Assembly (NCBI GenBank): GCA_963704755.1
Contig: OY969938.1
Span: 930,001-962,000 of the forward strand
DNA length: 32,000 nt
Source: an uncultured Chloroflexia bacterium
GTDB lineage: Bacteria; Chloroflexota; Anaerolineae; Anaerolineales; Anaerolineaceae
Reading direction: 5' to 3'
Shown piece by piece: positions 8,922 through 17,905 of the stretch (position 1 is the stretch's first letter; every line of letters begins with the position of its first letter). A program made the position numbers and the translations under genes. A model generated the notes under the pieces. It did no database searches. It saw nothing but the letters and a program-made list of their open reading frames with translations, and was not told where the DNA came from.

Positions 8922-9071
8922 AAACCATTCTTTGGGGAATTGCCCTCGAAAAGCAGGCAGGTTGCAATCGCCCTGGGAAGAGAAAGGAGAAGGAAGATTA
9001 ACTAAACCTATCCGTTTTATAATCTCTTAATTCGCGCTCCTTTAAGAATATATTGGTATCATTGGAAAGAT

Positions 9072-10256
9072 ATGCCACACCCTACCTTACTTTCTCGCCT
9101 CATTGCAAAAAAGTTCGGCCTGACCGTCCTGACATCCCTGTTTCTGCTGGCATCTTGCATACCGGCCAGCCTTCCAACTGCTACACCGACCCAAGCGGTT
9201 ACCGCGACGGTCACTCCCTCGCCAACAGCAACTCTCACACAAACCCCAAACCCAACCGCTACCTTTACAGCGACCATAACGCCTTCGCCGGTGCCGCCAA
9301 CGGCTACGCCGGAACCGCTGGCGGTATTCTCGCCCCGCCTGCTGGCCGGGATTCAGCCGGCCACATACCTGCAAGATACCTGTACGTACCTGGCCGATCG
9401 CTGGTCGGCCGGCAATGCTACACCGGGTACGGTCGTCGTGCCGATCATGTATCACAGCGTACGCAAAGAGGGCGGCACGGTCACGGATAACATTACGGTT
9501 ACCCAAGACTATTTCAAAGAGACCATGGACCACGCCAAGGCGTTGGGCTTCGAAACGATTTCGATCGACCAACTGGTTGCTTTCTTGCAACACAATGCCT
9601 ATATCCCGCCGCGCTCGATGGTTCTCATCATCGATGACCGCCGCCTGGGAACGGTACAACAACATTTTCTGCCGGTTTTGCAAGCCAATAACTGGCATCT
9701 GGTGATGGCCTATATTACCGGCGTCATCAATGATAACGAATGGCAGCAAATCAAAGATGTCCTTTCGACCGGTTATGTTGAAATACAGGCCCATGGATTT
9801 TTACACAATGGATCGACCTATTTCACCGAAAATACTCCGGATGACGTCATTCACAACGAGATTTATGGCCCTATCCAGGCTTTCATGGATCACCTCGGCT
9901 ATCGCCCGACAGCCTTTATCTGGCCGGGAGGTGACTTTACCTTGAAAACCGTGCAGGATGTCCGCCAGGCCGGCTACGAAGTGGGCTTTTCGTCCTATTC
10001 CCGCGGACCGGTGATGTTCAACTGGGTACCCCTGGGTGCCGAAGAGCGCGAGATGAACGATCCGCTGCTGGTGCTGCCCCGCTATTGGAGCACCGCAGCC
10101 TACGTCAACCTGGACGACGCCGTTAATTATGCCAACCAGGCCATAGCCTTTGCCCAACAGAACGAGCAGTCTGAATTGGATTACTACAACACATACTGCA
10201 CGACTGATCCACCCATCCAACTGGCAGCGACGAGCACACAGGAAGCCCCCAAATGA
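9072..10256 (+). CDS. Polysaccharide deacetylase-family (NodB-like) lipoprotein
   Basis: The signal/lipobox is LTSLFLLASC, followed by a Thr/Pro-rich linker. The body contains VVPIMYHSV, LIIDDRRLGT, EIQAHGFLHN and FIWPGGDF, resembling carbohydrate-esterase-4-type deacetylases as I remember them. Confidence 0.7.
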   Translation: MPHPTLLSRLIAKKFGLTVLTSLFLLASCIPASLPTATPTQAVTATVTPSPTATLTQTPNPTATFTATITPSPVPPTATPEPLAVFSPRLLAGIQPATYLQDTCTYLADRWSAGNATPGTVVVPIMYHSVRKEGGTVTDNITVTQDYFKETMDHAKALGFETISIDQLVAFLQHNAYIPPRSMVLIIDDRRLGTVQQHFLPVLQANNWHLVMAYITGVINDNEWQQIKDVLSTGYVEIQAHGFLHNGSTYFTENTPDDVIHNEIYGPIQAFMDHLGYRPTAFIWPGGDFTLKTVQDVRQAGYEVGFSSYSRGPVMFNWVPLGAEEREMNDPLLVLPRYWSTAAYVNLDDAVNYANQAIAFAQQNEQSELDYYNTYCTTDPPIQLAATSTQEAPK

Positions 10257-10603
10257 ACCCTGATGGCTGTATTTTTTGCCGGATCATCGCCGGCGAAGCC
10301 CCGGCAAATATCCTCTACAGCGATGAGACGGTGACCGCCTTCGATAACCTCAATCCGATTGCACCGGTCCACATCCTCATCGTACCCAACCGGCACATCG
10401 AATCGGTCAACCTGGTCGAAGCCGGCGACGAACAGGTCGTTGGCCACCTCAGCCGGGTAGCTCGCCTGCTGGCTGAAAGGCTGGGCGTCCAATCCTCCGG
10501 CTATCGCCTGGTGATCAATACTGGACCGGATGCGGGCCAGTCTGTTTTTCACCTTCACATGCATTTGATCGGCGGCCGGCGTTTACCCTTCAGGTTCGAA
10601 TGA
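10253..10603 (+). CDS. HIT-family (histidine triad) nucleotide hydrolase/transferase
   Basis: CIFCRIIAGE at the N-terminus and the HIT motif HLHMHLIGG. There are ATGA-type overlaps with both neighbours. Confidence 0.9.
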   Translation: MNPDGCIFCRIIAGEAPANILYSDETVTAFDNLNPIAPVHILIVPNRHIESVNLVEAGDEQVVGHLSRVARLLAERLGVQSSGYRLVINTGPDAGQSVFHLHMHLIGGRRLPFRFE

Positions 10604-12147
10604 GTCACACCCGCACGTCTCGCAACTTCTGGAAGTTTTCCTGGATCGTGATCGCGATCGTTCTGGCCGGCTGCGTCCAGCCCGCCCCCCAATCGGGCCT
10701 GTGGCGGCCGGCCGAAACCACCGGAACACCCAATCCGAGCCAGCCCAATCCGCTGGCGACCGGCATCTATTTACAAGTACCGGCCACGCATGCACCCGGT
10801 ACACCTTTCCTGACACCTACCCCGGATGAGATCCATCCGGTACCGACCCTCAATACCGAACCGCAGGAATATGTAATCGCCGCCGGAGATACGCTTGGCA
10901 AGGTCGCCTCAGCCTACAACGTCAGCCTGGATACCTTGATCCAGGCCAATAACATCAGCAACGCTAACCTGGTCGAAGTGGGCCAACAGATCGTCATCCC
11001 GGCGCCTTCTCCTGAACCCGTGGGATCTTCCTTCAAGATCATCCCGGATTCCGAAGTGGTCTATAACCCCACCACCGTCCAGTTCGATGTCTTTTCTTTC
11101 GTTAAAAAATCCGGCGGGTATTTATTGAGCTACCGCGAAGATTTGACCGACGGCCTGTACACCGGCGCAGAGATCGTGCTAAAGGTAGCTCGCGAGTATT
11201 CCGTCAACCCGCGCCTGCTGCTGGCGGTGTTGGAATACCAGAGCGGTTGGGTGACCAACCCGAACCCATCTCTCCAGAGCCCGGATTACCCGATCGGCCT
11301 GGAAGATGCCGGCTACAAGGGCCTTTATTTGCAGCTTTCCTGGGCCGCCAATAATTTGAACCGCGGTTATTACCTCTGGAAAGTAAACGCGGTCTCGGAT
11401 TGGCTGCTCTCGGACGGCAGTGTGGTGCCGCCGGCACCAACCATCAACGCCGGCACTGCCGCCGTCCAGGGAATGATGGGGTTCCTTTATACGCGCGCCG
11501 GCTGGGACACGGCCGTCGGCCCGGATGGCGTGTTCAAAACCTACACCGACCTGTTCGGTTACCCGTTCGATTATGCTTACGAACCGTCCCTCCCGGCCGG
11601 CTTGAGCCAGCCGGTCCTGCAATTGCCCTTCCCCCAGGGCGATACCTGGTCGTTCACCGGCGGGCCGCATGCGGGTTGGGGCGAAGGCTCCGCCTGGGCC
11701 GCCATCGATTTTGCCCCGCCGGATGCGGGCGCAAACTGCGCGATCAGCGATGCGTTTGCCACCGCCGTAGCCGACGGGCTGGTCGTTCGCACCGATACCG
11801 GTGTGGTGGTGCTCGACCTGGACGAAGACGGCTACGAGCAGACCGGTTGGACCATTCTTTATTTGCATATGGCCGATGCCGGCAAGGTCCAGGTGGGCAC
11901 CTTCGTCAAGGCCGGTGATCCCATCGGGCACCCTTCTTGTGAAGGCGGGGTGGCGACTGGCACCCACGTTCACCTGGCCCGGCGGTATAATGGCGAGTGG
12001 ATTTCTGCGGATGGCCCATTGCCGTTCAACCTGGGCGGCTGGGTTTCGAGTGGGACCGGTGTCGAATACGAGGGGTCATTAGTCAAAGACGGTGTGACCG
12101 TAAAGGCTGTAGATAGGGTTGATCCTGAAAATCAAATCTCGTGGTAG
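10600..12147 (+). CDS. LysM-domain, M23-like metallopeptidase lipoprotein (paralog 1 of 3)
   Basis: Lipobox IVLAGC. The LysM segment is YVIAAGDTLGKVASAYNVSLDTLIQANNISNANLVEVGQQIVIP. The C-terminus has GGPHAGWGEGSAWAAIDFAP (H-x12-D) and GHPSCEGGVATGTHVHLARRYNGEW (HxH). Confidence 0.85.
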   Translation: MSHTRTSRNFWKFSWIVIAIVLAGCVQPAPQSGLWRPAETTGTPNPSQPNPLATGIYLQVPATHAPGTPFLTPTPDEIHPVPTLNTEPQEYVIAAGDTLGKVASAYNVSLDTLIQANNISNANLVEVGQQIVIPAPSPEPVGSSFKIIPDSEVVYNPTTVQFDVFSFVKKSGGYLLSYREDLTDGLYTGAEIVLKVAREYSVNPRLLLAVLEYQSGWVTNPNPSLQSPDYPIGLEDAGYKGLYLQLSWAANNLNRGYYLWKVNAVSDWLLSDGSVVPPAPTINAGTAAVQGMMGFLYTRAGWDTAVGPDGVFKTYTDLFGYPFDYAYEPSLPAGLSQPVLQLPFPQGDTWSFTGGPHAGWGEGSAWAAIDFAPPDAGANCAISDAFATAVADGLVVRTDTGVVVLDLDEDGYEQTGWTILYLHMADAGKVQVGTFVKAGDPIGHPSCEGGVATGTHVHLARRYNGEWISADGPLPFNLGGWVSSGTGVEYEGSLVKDGVTVKAVDRVDPENQISW

Positions 12148-13834
12148 GCGCATCCAGATCGCCCTGGCCGGGCTGGTCTTGCTGACCAGTGTTCTGGCCT
12201 GTTCTCAGGGATATGTTTCGAATTATGACCTGACGGCCACGGCATTGTTCCCCTCCACGGCGGTCACCAGCCCGCCCGCGCTTGCCAAGCCGACCAACGC
12301 GGAGGTTTCAGTGGCCGACCCGGCCGTGAGCCCAACTTCACTCCTGGTTCCGCCGACCAGTACCTTTACCGCCACCGACCCGGTCCTGGCCCCCACGGCT
12401 ACCCAGCCGGACGATCCTGTTCAGGATATCACCCCCGTCCCATTGGGCACCTCATTGGAAGGCCCGGTCGATACCCAGGCGCCGACTCGCGTCATTCCTA
12501 CCCCCAACCTGGGCACACCCATGCCGCCGATCCTGTACTACACCCAGGCAGGTGATACGCTCCCTTCCATCGCTTCCCGCTTTGGGGTGGATATAACCGA
12601 TATTTCCTCTACCGAAACGATCCCCGCGACCGGCTTGATCAACGCCGGTAAGCTGCTAATTATTCCGGACCGGCTGGGCGATACCGGCCCCAACGAACTC
12701 ATCCTGCCGGACAGCGAAGTCGTTTTTTCGCCGTCCGCCCTGGATTTCGACATCGACAGTTTCGTCAACCAGGCCGGCGGGTATTTGAGCACCTACCGCG
12801 AATACCTCTCGGGCGGCTGGAAGAGCGGCGCACAGGTGATTTATAAAGTCGCTATCGAAAATTCGATCAACCCGCGCCTGCTGGTGGCCCTGATCGAATA
12901 TCAATCCGGGTGGGTGTACGGCCAACCGGGCAGCCTGGCCCAAACCGATTACCCGCTTGGTTATATCCAACCCGACAAAAAAGGCCTGTATGCCCAGCTC
13001 TACCAGGCTGTCCAGCAGATTATGGTCGGCTATTACGGCTGGCGCGAGGGCACGCTTACCCAGATCGATTTTTCCGACGGCAAATCAATCCGCCTGGCGC
13101 CTCAGCTCAACGCCGGTACGGTAGCCGTGCAATATTTGTTTTCCAACCTGTATAATTCCGAACTATGGAACGGTGTCTTGGGCGGAGACAACAACTTTGG
13201 TGACCTGTACACCAAAATGTTTAGCGATCCCTGGGCGCGCGCTCAAACGGTTGAACCTTTGTTACCCGTAAATTTGACCCAGCCCGATCTAATTTTGCCT
13301 TTCCAGCCCAATTACATCTGGAGCTTCTCAGGCGGGCCGCACGCGGCCTGGGGCCCGGGTGGCGCTCGGGCAGCCCTGGATTTCGCCCCGGCTTCTACCC
13401 AGAGCGGCTGCGTGCCTTCGGATAATTGGGTGACTGCCGTCGCCAGCGGCACTGTGGTGCGCGAAGATACCGGGGTGGTTGTGCTCGATTTGGATGGTGA
13501 CGGCCACGAACAGACCGGCTGGAGCATCCTTTACTTGCATATCGCCACCCGTGATAAGATTGCCCTGGGGACCCAGGTCCAACAAGGTGACCCGATCGGC
13601 CATCCCTCCTGTGAGGGCGGCACTGCGACCGGCACTCACGTCCACATCGCCCGCAAATACAACGGCGAATGGGTGCTGGCGGACGGACCTTTGCCTTTCG
13701 TGATGAGCGGCTGGCGTGTTGTTGCCGGGCCTAACCCCTACCAGGGAGAACTGGTCAAAGATGACCAGGTCGTAACCGCATGTTCCTGCGGGGCATTTGA
13801 AACCCGCATTTCCAGACCTGCCAGTGAACCGTAA
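12119..13834 (+). CDS. LysM-domain, M23-like metallopeptidase lipoprotein (paralog 2 of 3)
   Basis: TTG start overlapping the upstream gene by 29 nt. Lipobox SVLAC, then a long Pro/Thr linker. The LysM segment is YYTQAGDTLPSIASRFGVDITDI. The C-terminus has GGPHAAWGPGGARAALDFAP and GHPSCEGGTATGTHVHIARKYNGEW. Confidence 0.85.
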   Translation: MILKIKSRGRRIQIALAGLVLLTSVLACSQGYVSNYDLTATALFPSTAVTSPPALAKPTNAEVSVADPAVSPTSLLVPPTSTFTATDPVLAPTATQPDDPVQDITPVPLGTSLEGPVDTQAPTRVIPTPNLGTPMPPILYYTQAGDTLPSIASRFGVDITDISSTETIPATGLINAGKLLIIPDRLGDTGPNELILPDSEVVFSPSALDFDIDSFVNQAGGYLSTYREYLSGGWKSGAQVIYKVAIENSINPRLLVALIEYQSGWVYGQPGSLAQTDYPLGYIQPDKKGLYAQLYQAVQQIMVGYYGWREGTLTQIDFSDGKSIRLAPQLNAGTVAVQYLFSNLYNSELWNGVLGGDNNFGDLYTKMFSDPWARAQTVEPLLPVNLTQPDLILPFQPNYIWSFSGGPHAAWGPGGARAALDFAPASTQSGCVPSDNWVTAVASGTVVREDTGVVVLDLDGDGHEQTGWSILYLHIATRDKIALGTQVQQGDPIGHPSCEGGTATGTHVHIARKYNGEWVLADGPLPFVMSGWRVVAGPNPYQGELVKDDQVVTACSCGAFETRISRPASEP

Positions 13835-15335
13835 ACTCTTTTCCGAAACGATAGCCGCTGCGATTTTATCCGTGGGGACGGTTTTTGTGTTGCTGCTCGG
13901 CGCCTGTTCGCCCTTGAATGGGATCAACCCGGCCGAAACCCCCGGCGGGAATTCAAATTCCGCCGAATCGACCCCCGCCGAATCCGTGATCACTCCCACT
14001 GCACTGCCGACCCGTCCACCGTATACCCCCGGTACCCTGGTGGATTACACCGCCCAAACCGGCGACACATTGCCGGCATTGGCGGTCCATTTCAACACCA
14101 CGGTAGACCAGATCCGCTCGGCCAACCCGAATATTCCCGTGGATGCAACCACCATGCCCCCAGGAATGCCGATGAAGATTCCCATCTATTACGAGCCGCT
14201 GTGGGGCAGCCCGTTGCAGATCATCCCCGACAGCCTGTTCGTCAACGGGCCGGCCCAGGTCGGCTTCGATGCCGTGCAGTTTGTCAATTCCCAGCCAGGC
14301 TGGTTCAAGAACTACGTTTTTTACACCGGTGACCAGAACCGCCGCGGCGGCGAGATTGTCAATTACATCGCCGAGGACTTCAGCGTCAGCCCGCGCCTGC
14401 TGCTGGCCATCCTGGAATACCAAACTGGCGCCTTGAGCAACCCCAACCGCCCGGCCAATATCGACCAATACCCCTTAGGCTACCAGGACCAATTCCATCT
14501 AGGCGCCGGCCGCCAGTTGGCCTGGGCTGCCAATGCGCTCAATAACGGCTATTACGGCTGGCGCATCGGTAATTTGAACAGCTTCACCCACCAGAACGGC
14601 CGCATCGAACAGCCAGACCCGTGGCAAAATGCCGCTACGGTGGGACTGCAATATTATTTCGCCCAGGTTCTGTCTGAAGATGCCTATGCGAAAGCCATTT
14701 CCGCCGATGGCCTGCTGAAGACCTACACGGCTTTATTTGGCGACCCCTGGCAGAACGTGCAGACTCTCATCCCCGGTAGCCTGACGGTTCCCAACATGGA
14801 TTTTCCTTTTGCCCCTAATCATGTTTGGGCCTTCACCGGTGGGCCGCACACCGGCTGGGGTGAAGGAGAGCCGTACGCTGCGGTCGATTTTGCTCCGGGC
14901 AATACCGTCGGGGGCTGCAGCCCCAGTCCGGAGCCGGCCACTGCCGTCGCCGATGGGATCATTGCTGCAACCGACGACGCCAAGGCATTTTTGGACCTGG
15001 ATGGCGACATGGATATCCGCACCGGTTGGGTCGTGATGTACCTGCACCTGGCCAACGATTCCCTTCCCAAGGTGGGCAAGGTGCTCAAGATGCGCGACCC
15101 GATCGGTATGCCCTCCTGCGAAGGCGGTGAGGCAACCGGTACCCACGTCCATATTGCCCGCATGTACAATGGCGAGTGGATACCTGCCGGTGGCGTGCTG
15201 GCTTACAACCTGGAGGGTTGGGTGGTCACTGCTGGCAGCCAGGCTTACCAAGGGACCATGACCAACGGGATCCGGGTGGTCAAAGCCTGCGTCTGCTCGG
15301 ACCAGTATGCTCAAGTCAGCGCGACAAGCCCATAA
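13797..15335 (+). CDS. LysM-domain, M23-like metallopeptidase lipoprotein (paralog 3 of 3)
   Basis: The start is uncertain: TTG 13797 or GTG 13824. Lipobox LLLGAC. The LysM segment is YTAQTGDTLPALAVHFNTTVDQIRSANPNI. The C-terminus has GGPHTGWGEGEPYAAVDFAP and GMPSCEGGEATGTHVHIARMYNGEW. Confidence 0.85.
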   Translation: MKPAFPDLPVNRKLFSETIAAAILSVGTVFVLLLGACSPLNGINPAETPGGNSNSAESTPAESVITPTALPTRPPYTPGTLVDYTAQTGDTLPALAVHFNTTVDQIRSANPNIPVDATTMPPGMPMKIPIYYEPLWGSPLQIIPDSLFVNGPAQVGFDAVQFVNSQPGWFKNYVFYTGDQNRRGGEIVNYIAEDFSVSPRLLLAILEYQTGALSNPNRPANIDQYPLGYQDQFHLGAGRQLAWAANALNNGYYGWRIGNLNSFTHQNGRIEQPDPWQNAATVGLQYYFAQVLSEDAYAKAISADGLLKTYTALFGDPWQNVQTLIPGSLTVPNMDFPFAPNHVWAFTGGPHTGWGEGEPYAAVDFAPGNTVGGCSPSPEPATAVADGIIAATDDAKAFLDLDGDMDIRTGWVVMYLHLANDSLPKVGKVLKMRDPIGMPSCEGGEATGTHVHIARMYNGEWIPAGGVLAYNLEGWVVTAGSQAYQGTMTNGIRVVKACVCSDQYAQVSATSP

Positions 15336-15370
15336 CCAGAGGGAATACATTGAGCTCATCGAATAAAGGC

Positions 15371-16691
15371 ATGCGCAATTTCACCATCATCTGGATCGGC
15401 CAGGTGCTTTCGCTGATCGGTACATCCATGACCGGCTTTGCCCTGACGATTTGGGCCTTCCAGATCACCGGCCAGGCCACCGCCCTGGCACTGGTGGCCT
15501 TTTTTAATTTCACCCCCCAAATCTTATTCAGCCCGATTGCCGGCGCCCTGGTGGATCGTTGGAACCGCAAGCTCGTCATGGCGCTCAGCGACTCGGCCTC
15601 AGCCGTCGCTACCCTGGTCGTGTTTATCCTCTATACCAGCGGGCATTTGCAAATCTGGCACCTGTACGTGACCGGGGCTTTTTCCGGCATATTCCAATCG
15701 TTCCAGTGGCCAGCTTATTCCGCCGCCATCTCGACCATGATCCCCAAGAAGCAGTTCGCCCGCGCCAGCGGGATGATGTCGATCGCCGAATGGGGCTCGG
15801 GGGTGCTGGCTCCGGTCGCCGCCAGCGCCATGATCGCCTGGAGCGGGGTAGGCAGTGTCATGCTGGTGGACCTGACCACCTTTGGGATCGCCCTGGCCGC
15901 TCTGTTGGCCGTAGCGATTCCCCAGCCGGTAATTACCAGTGAAGGTCTCGCCAGCCGAGGCAACCTGTGGAGCGAAGCCGCCTTCGGTTTTCGTTATATC
16001 TTAAAAAAACATCCCTTGTTGGGATTGCAATTGATCTTTTTCGCCGGCAACCTGATGGGCAGCATGGCCATCACACTCACCGCTCCCATGATCCTTTCGC
16101 GCACGGCCAACAATGCGACCACCCTGGGCATCGTCGAGTTCGATAGCCAGCGCCTGCGGAATCGTGGGCAGCCTGATCGTCACCGCGACCGGCGGGCTCA
16201 AACGCAAGGTCCTGGGAGTCATCGCCGGCTGGCTGATTTGCGGGCTGGGTTACCTGATTTTTGGCATGCGCGGCGGGCTGCCGGTCTGGATTCTCGGTAC
16301 CATCGTGGGGGTAACCGCTGGGCCAATCGTCAATGCTTCCAACCAGGCCATCTGGCAGGCCAAAGTATCGCCGGATATCCAGGGCAAAGTCTTTTCCGTG
16401 CGCCGGCTGATCGCCCAGATATCCTCACCAATCTCGATGCTGGTCGCCGGCCCGCTGGCGGACAAAGTTGCCGAGCCGATGATGAAAGACCCGGCCAGCG
16501 GCATGGCGCATCTTTTCGGCGGTGCCTTTGGCACCGGTCCGGGCGCCGGCATGGGCGTATTGATCTCAATCAGCGGGGGATTGATGGTCGTGGCGGCCCT
16601 GGTAGGCGCTACCAGCGCCCAGGTCCGCGGCGCCGAAACCTTGTTACCCGACATGGTTCAAGAAGGCGCAATCCCCAGCCCAGCAGATTAA
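15371..16691 (+). pseudogene. MFS transporter (EntS/MFS_3-like), interrupted by an apparent +1 nt frameshift near 16136-16141 (pseudogene or sequence error)
   Basis: ATG 15371 opens MRNFTIIWIGQVLSLIGTSMTGFALTIWAF...ALVDRWNRK.... After ...ANNATTLGIVE the frame becomes Arg-rich junk, while the frame 1 nt downstream continues as SIASACGIVGSLIVTATGGLKRKVLGVIAGWLICGLGYLIFG... to TAA 16689-16691. The total length is 1321 nt, not divisible by 3. The ORF-track extension back to 15176 overlaps the previous gene and is not credible. Confidence 0.7.
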
Positions 16692-16692
16692 A

Positions 16693-16741
16693 AAAGGAGT
16701 TTTATTATTGAGCGCAATGCGCTCAATAATAAAACTCCTTT
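16693..16741. terminator. Perfect palindrome P3 (23-bp stem, 3-nt loop); likely bidirectional terminator between convergent genes
   Basis: AAAGGAGTTTTATTATTGAGCGC-aat-GCGCTCAATAATAAAACTCCTTT. It is flanked by A-runs on the left and AAAATTTTTT on the right, so both transcripts would end in a hairpin plus a U-rich tract. Confidence 0.65.
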
Positions 16742-16749
16742 AAAATTTT

Positions 16750-17166
16750 TTATCCTTCTTGAATAACAATCTGGCGGGTAAAATTCACGTTCCCCCGCAA
16801 GGTGGCGATTCCTGAACAATATTTGGTCTCGGAAAGCTCGACCGCCCGTTCGACGGCGGCCGGGTCGATCGACTTCCCGGTCACGCGGTATTCGATTTCC
16901 ATGTCGGTGAACTTGCGCGGGTGGTCCGCGGCGCGCGTCCCATGAACCAGCACTTCAAAAGCCGTGACGTCCTGGCGTTTCTTCTTCAAGATCGAAATCA
17001 CGTCCATGGCCGTGCAGCCGGCAATACCGACCGCGACCATTTCCATCGGTGTGAAGCCCGACTCGTCACCGCCGACTGCCTTTTTCGAATCCAGGCGCAC
17101 CTGGAACCCGGAATCGGCCGTTCCGTTGAAGGCCAGCCCGTCTTGCCAGGTTACTTTCGCTTGCAT
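16750..17166 (-). CDS. OsmC/Ohr-family peroxiredoxin-like protein
   Basis: 138 aa containing GFTPMEMVAVGIAGCTAMDVISILKKKR and LSETKYCSGIATLRG, the two conserved Cys contexts of OsmC-family proteins. Confidence 0.9.
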   Translation of the reverse strand: MQAKVTWQDGLAFNGTADSGFQVRLDSKKAVGGDESGFTPMEMVAVGIAGCTAMDVISILKKKRQDVTAFEVLVHGTRAADHPRKFTDMEIEYRVTGKSIDPAAVERAVELSETKYCSGIATLRGNVNFTRQIVIQEG

Positions 17167-17177
17167 AGGATTGTCCT

Positions 17178-17840
17178 TTACGCTACCGCTTCCTGGATTT
17201 TCTGCATCAGGTTCGCTTCGGGTACTGCCCCAACCACTTCGCTGCTGCCTTCATTGATAATCGTATGAGGGACACCGGAAACATTGAAGCGGGTGGCCAG
17301 CTCATTGAACTCCATCGCCTCGATCATTTCGGCTTCGACCATGGAACTTTCGAAGGCGAGCTGGTGCGCCAGCACCACCGCCCGTGGGCAATAAGGGCAG
17401 GTGGGCGTGACAAAAACTTGTAATTTGACCGGCTGGGTCAATTTGCCCAGCAGATCGCGGGTTTCTTTGGCCAGGCCTGAATCTCTTTGCGAAACAACCA
17501 GCAAATCGTTGATCAGCGAGGTAAACTCGTGCCCGGCCGGAATACCGTAATAACGGATGCCATAATCGATGGTTCCGTCGTCTTGCTTCCCCAACAAGAC
17601 GAACCCGGGCGCCTTATCGATTTTATACTTTTTGGCCAGTTCGGCGTCTTTCGCCAGGTCATAAGTTTGCAGGGACAGTTTATCGGTCAGCGCAGTGATG
17701 TCTTCCAGTAGTTCGCTGGTATCTTTGCAATATTCACAATTTTCCTGGCTGGTAAAGAGAACGATCTCTACCGGAAAACTTAAATCCTTAAAAACGTCTC
17801 GCACCTGTTGCTTTACGTTGTCATCCAATAAGGGTGCCAT
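17178..17840 (-). CDS. Glutaredoxin/thioredoxin-fold protein-disulfide oxidoreductase with two domains (archaeal-PDO-like)
   Basis: Two CxxC sites: SQENCEYCKD in the first half and VTPTCPYCPRAV in the second. AGGAGG lies 10 nt upstream of the ATG. It is 11 nt upstream of the OsmC gene on the same strand. Confidence 0.85.
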   Translation of the reverse strand: MAPLLDDNVKQQVRDVFKDLSFPVEIVLFTSQENCEYCKDTSELLEDITALTDKLSLQTYDLAKDAELAKKYKIDKAPGFVLLGKQDDGTIDYGIRYYGIPAGHEFTSLINDLLVVSQRDSGLAKETRDLLGKLTQPVKLQVFVTPTCPYCPRAVVLAHQLAFESSMVEAEMIEAMEFNELATRFNVSGVPHTIINEGSSEVVGAVPEANLMQKIQEAVA

Positions 17841-17877
17841 AACGGATCTTTCCTCCTGAGGATTGGCTAAATCATTG

Positions 17878-17905
17878 CAACCCGCCGGCCTTTGCAGAGA
17901 GTTCC
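17878..17905 (-). promoter_or_regulatory. Candidate ECF (SigR-like) promoter upstream of the thioredoxin-fold gene
   Basis: The minus strand reads GGAAC-N19-GTTG, about 35 nt upstream of the ATG at 17840. This is a pattern match only. The GGAAC abuts a 14-mer that recurs at 21949-21962, which weakens the call. Confidence 0.25.

Noticed and set aside
12119-13834. Programmed frameshifting or fusion between the overlapping M23 paralogs (29-nt and 38-nt overlaps)
   Set aside because: Each paralog has its own signal peptide and lipobox right after the overlap, and there are no slippery heptamers. Ordinary translational coupling explains the overlaps.
9087-14468. Antisense or alternative-frame ORFs across the deacetylase and M23 genes (for example 9087-9794, 11179-11973, 13328-13999, 13953-14468 and 11400-11918)
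   Set aside because: All are nested in genes with strong domain signatures in another frame. Their Arg/Gly-rich translations lack any recognisable motif.
15176-15370. N-terminal extension of the MFS ORF back to 15176
   Set aside because: The extension overlaps the 3' end of the third M23 paralog in another frame and translates to Arg/Pro/Gly-rich junk. The MFS sequence proper starts at ATG 15371.
16694-16743. SD-like AAGGAG plus a mini-ORF (TTG 16708 or ATG 16717 to TAA 16741-16743) inside palindrome P3
   Set aside because: The SD-like sequence and the tiny 8-11 codon frame are by-products of the palindrome arms. A terminator role fits the convergent gene context better.
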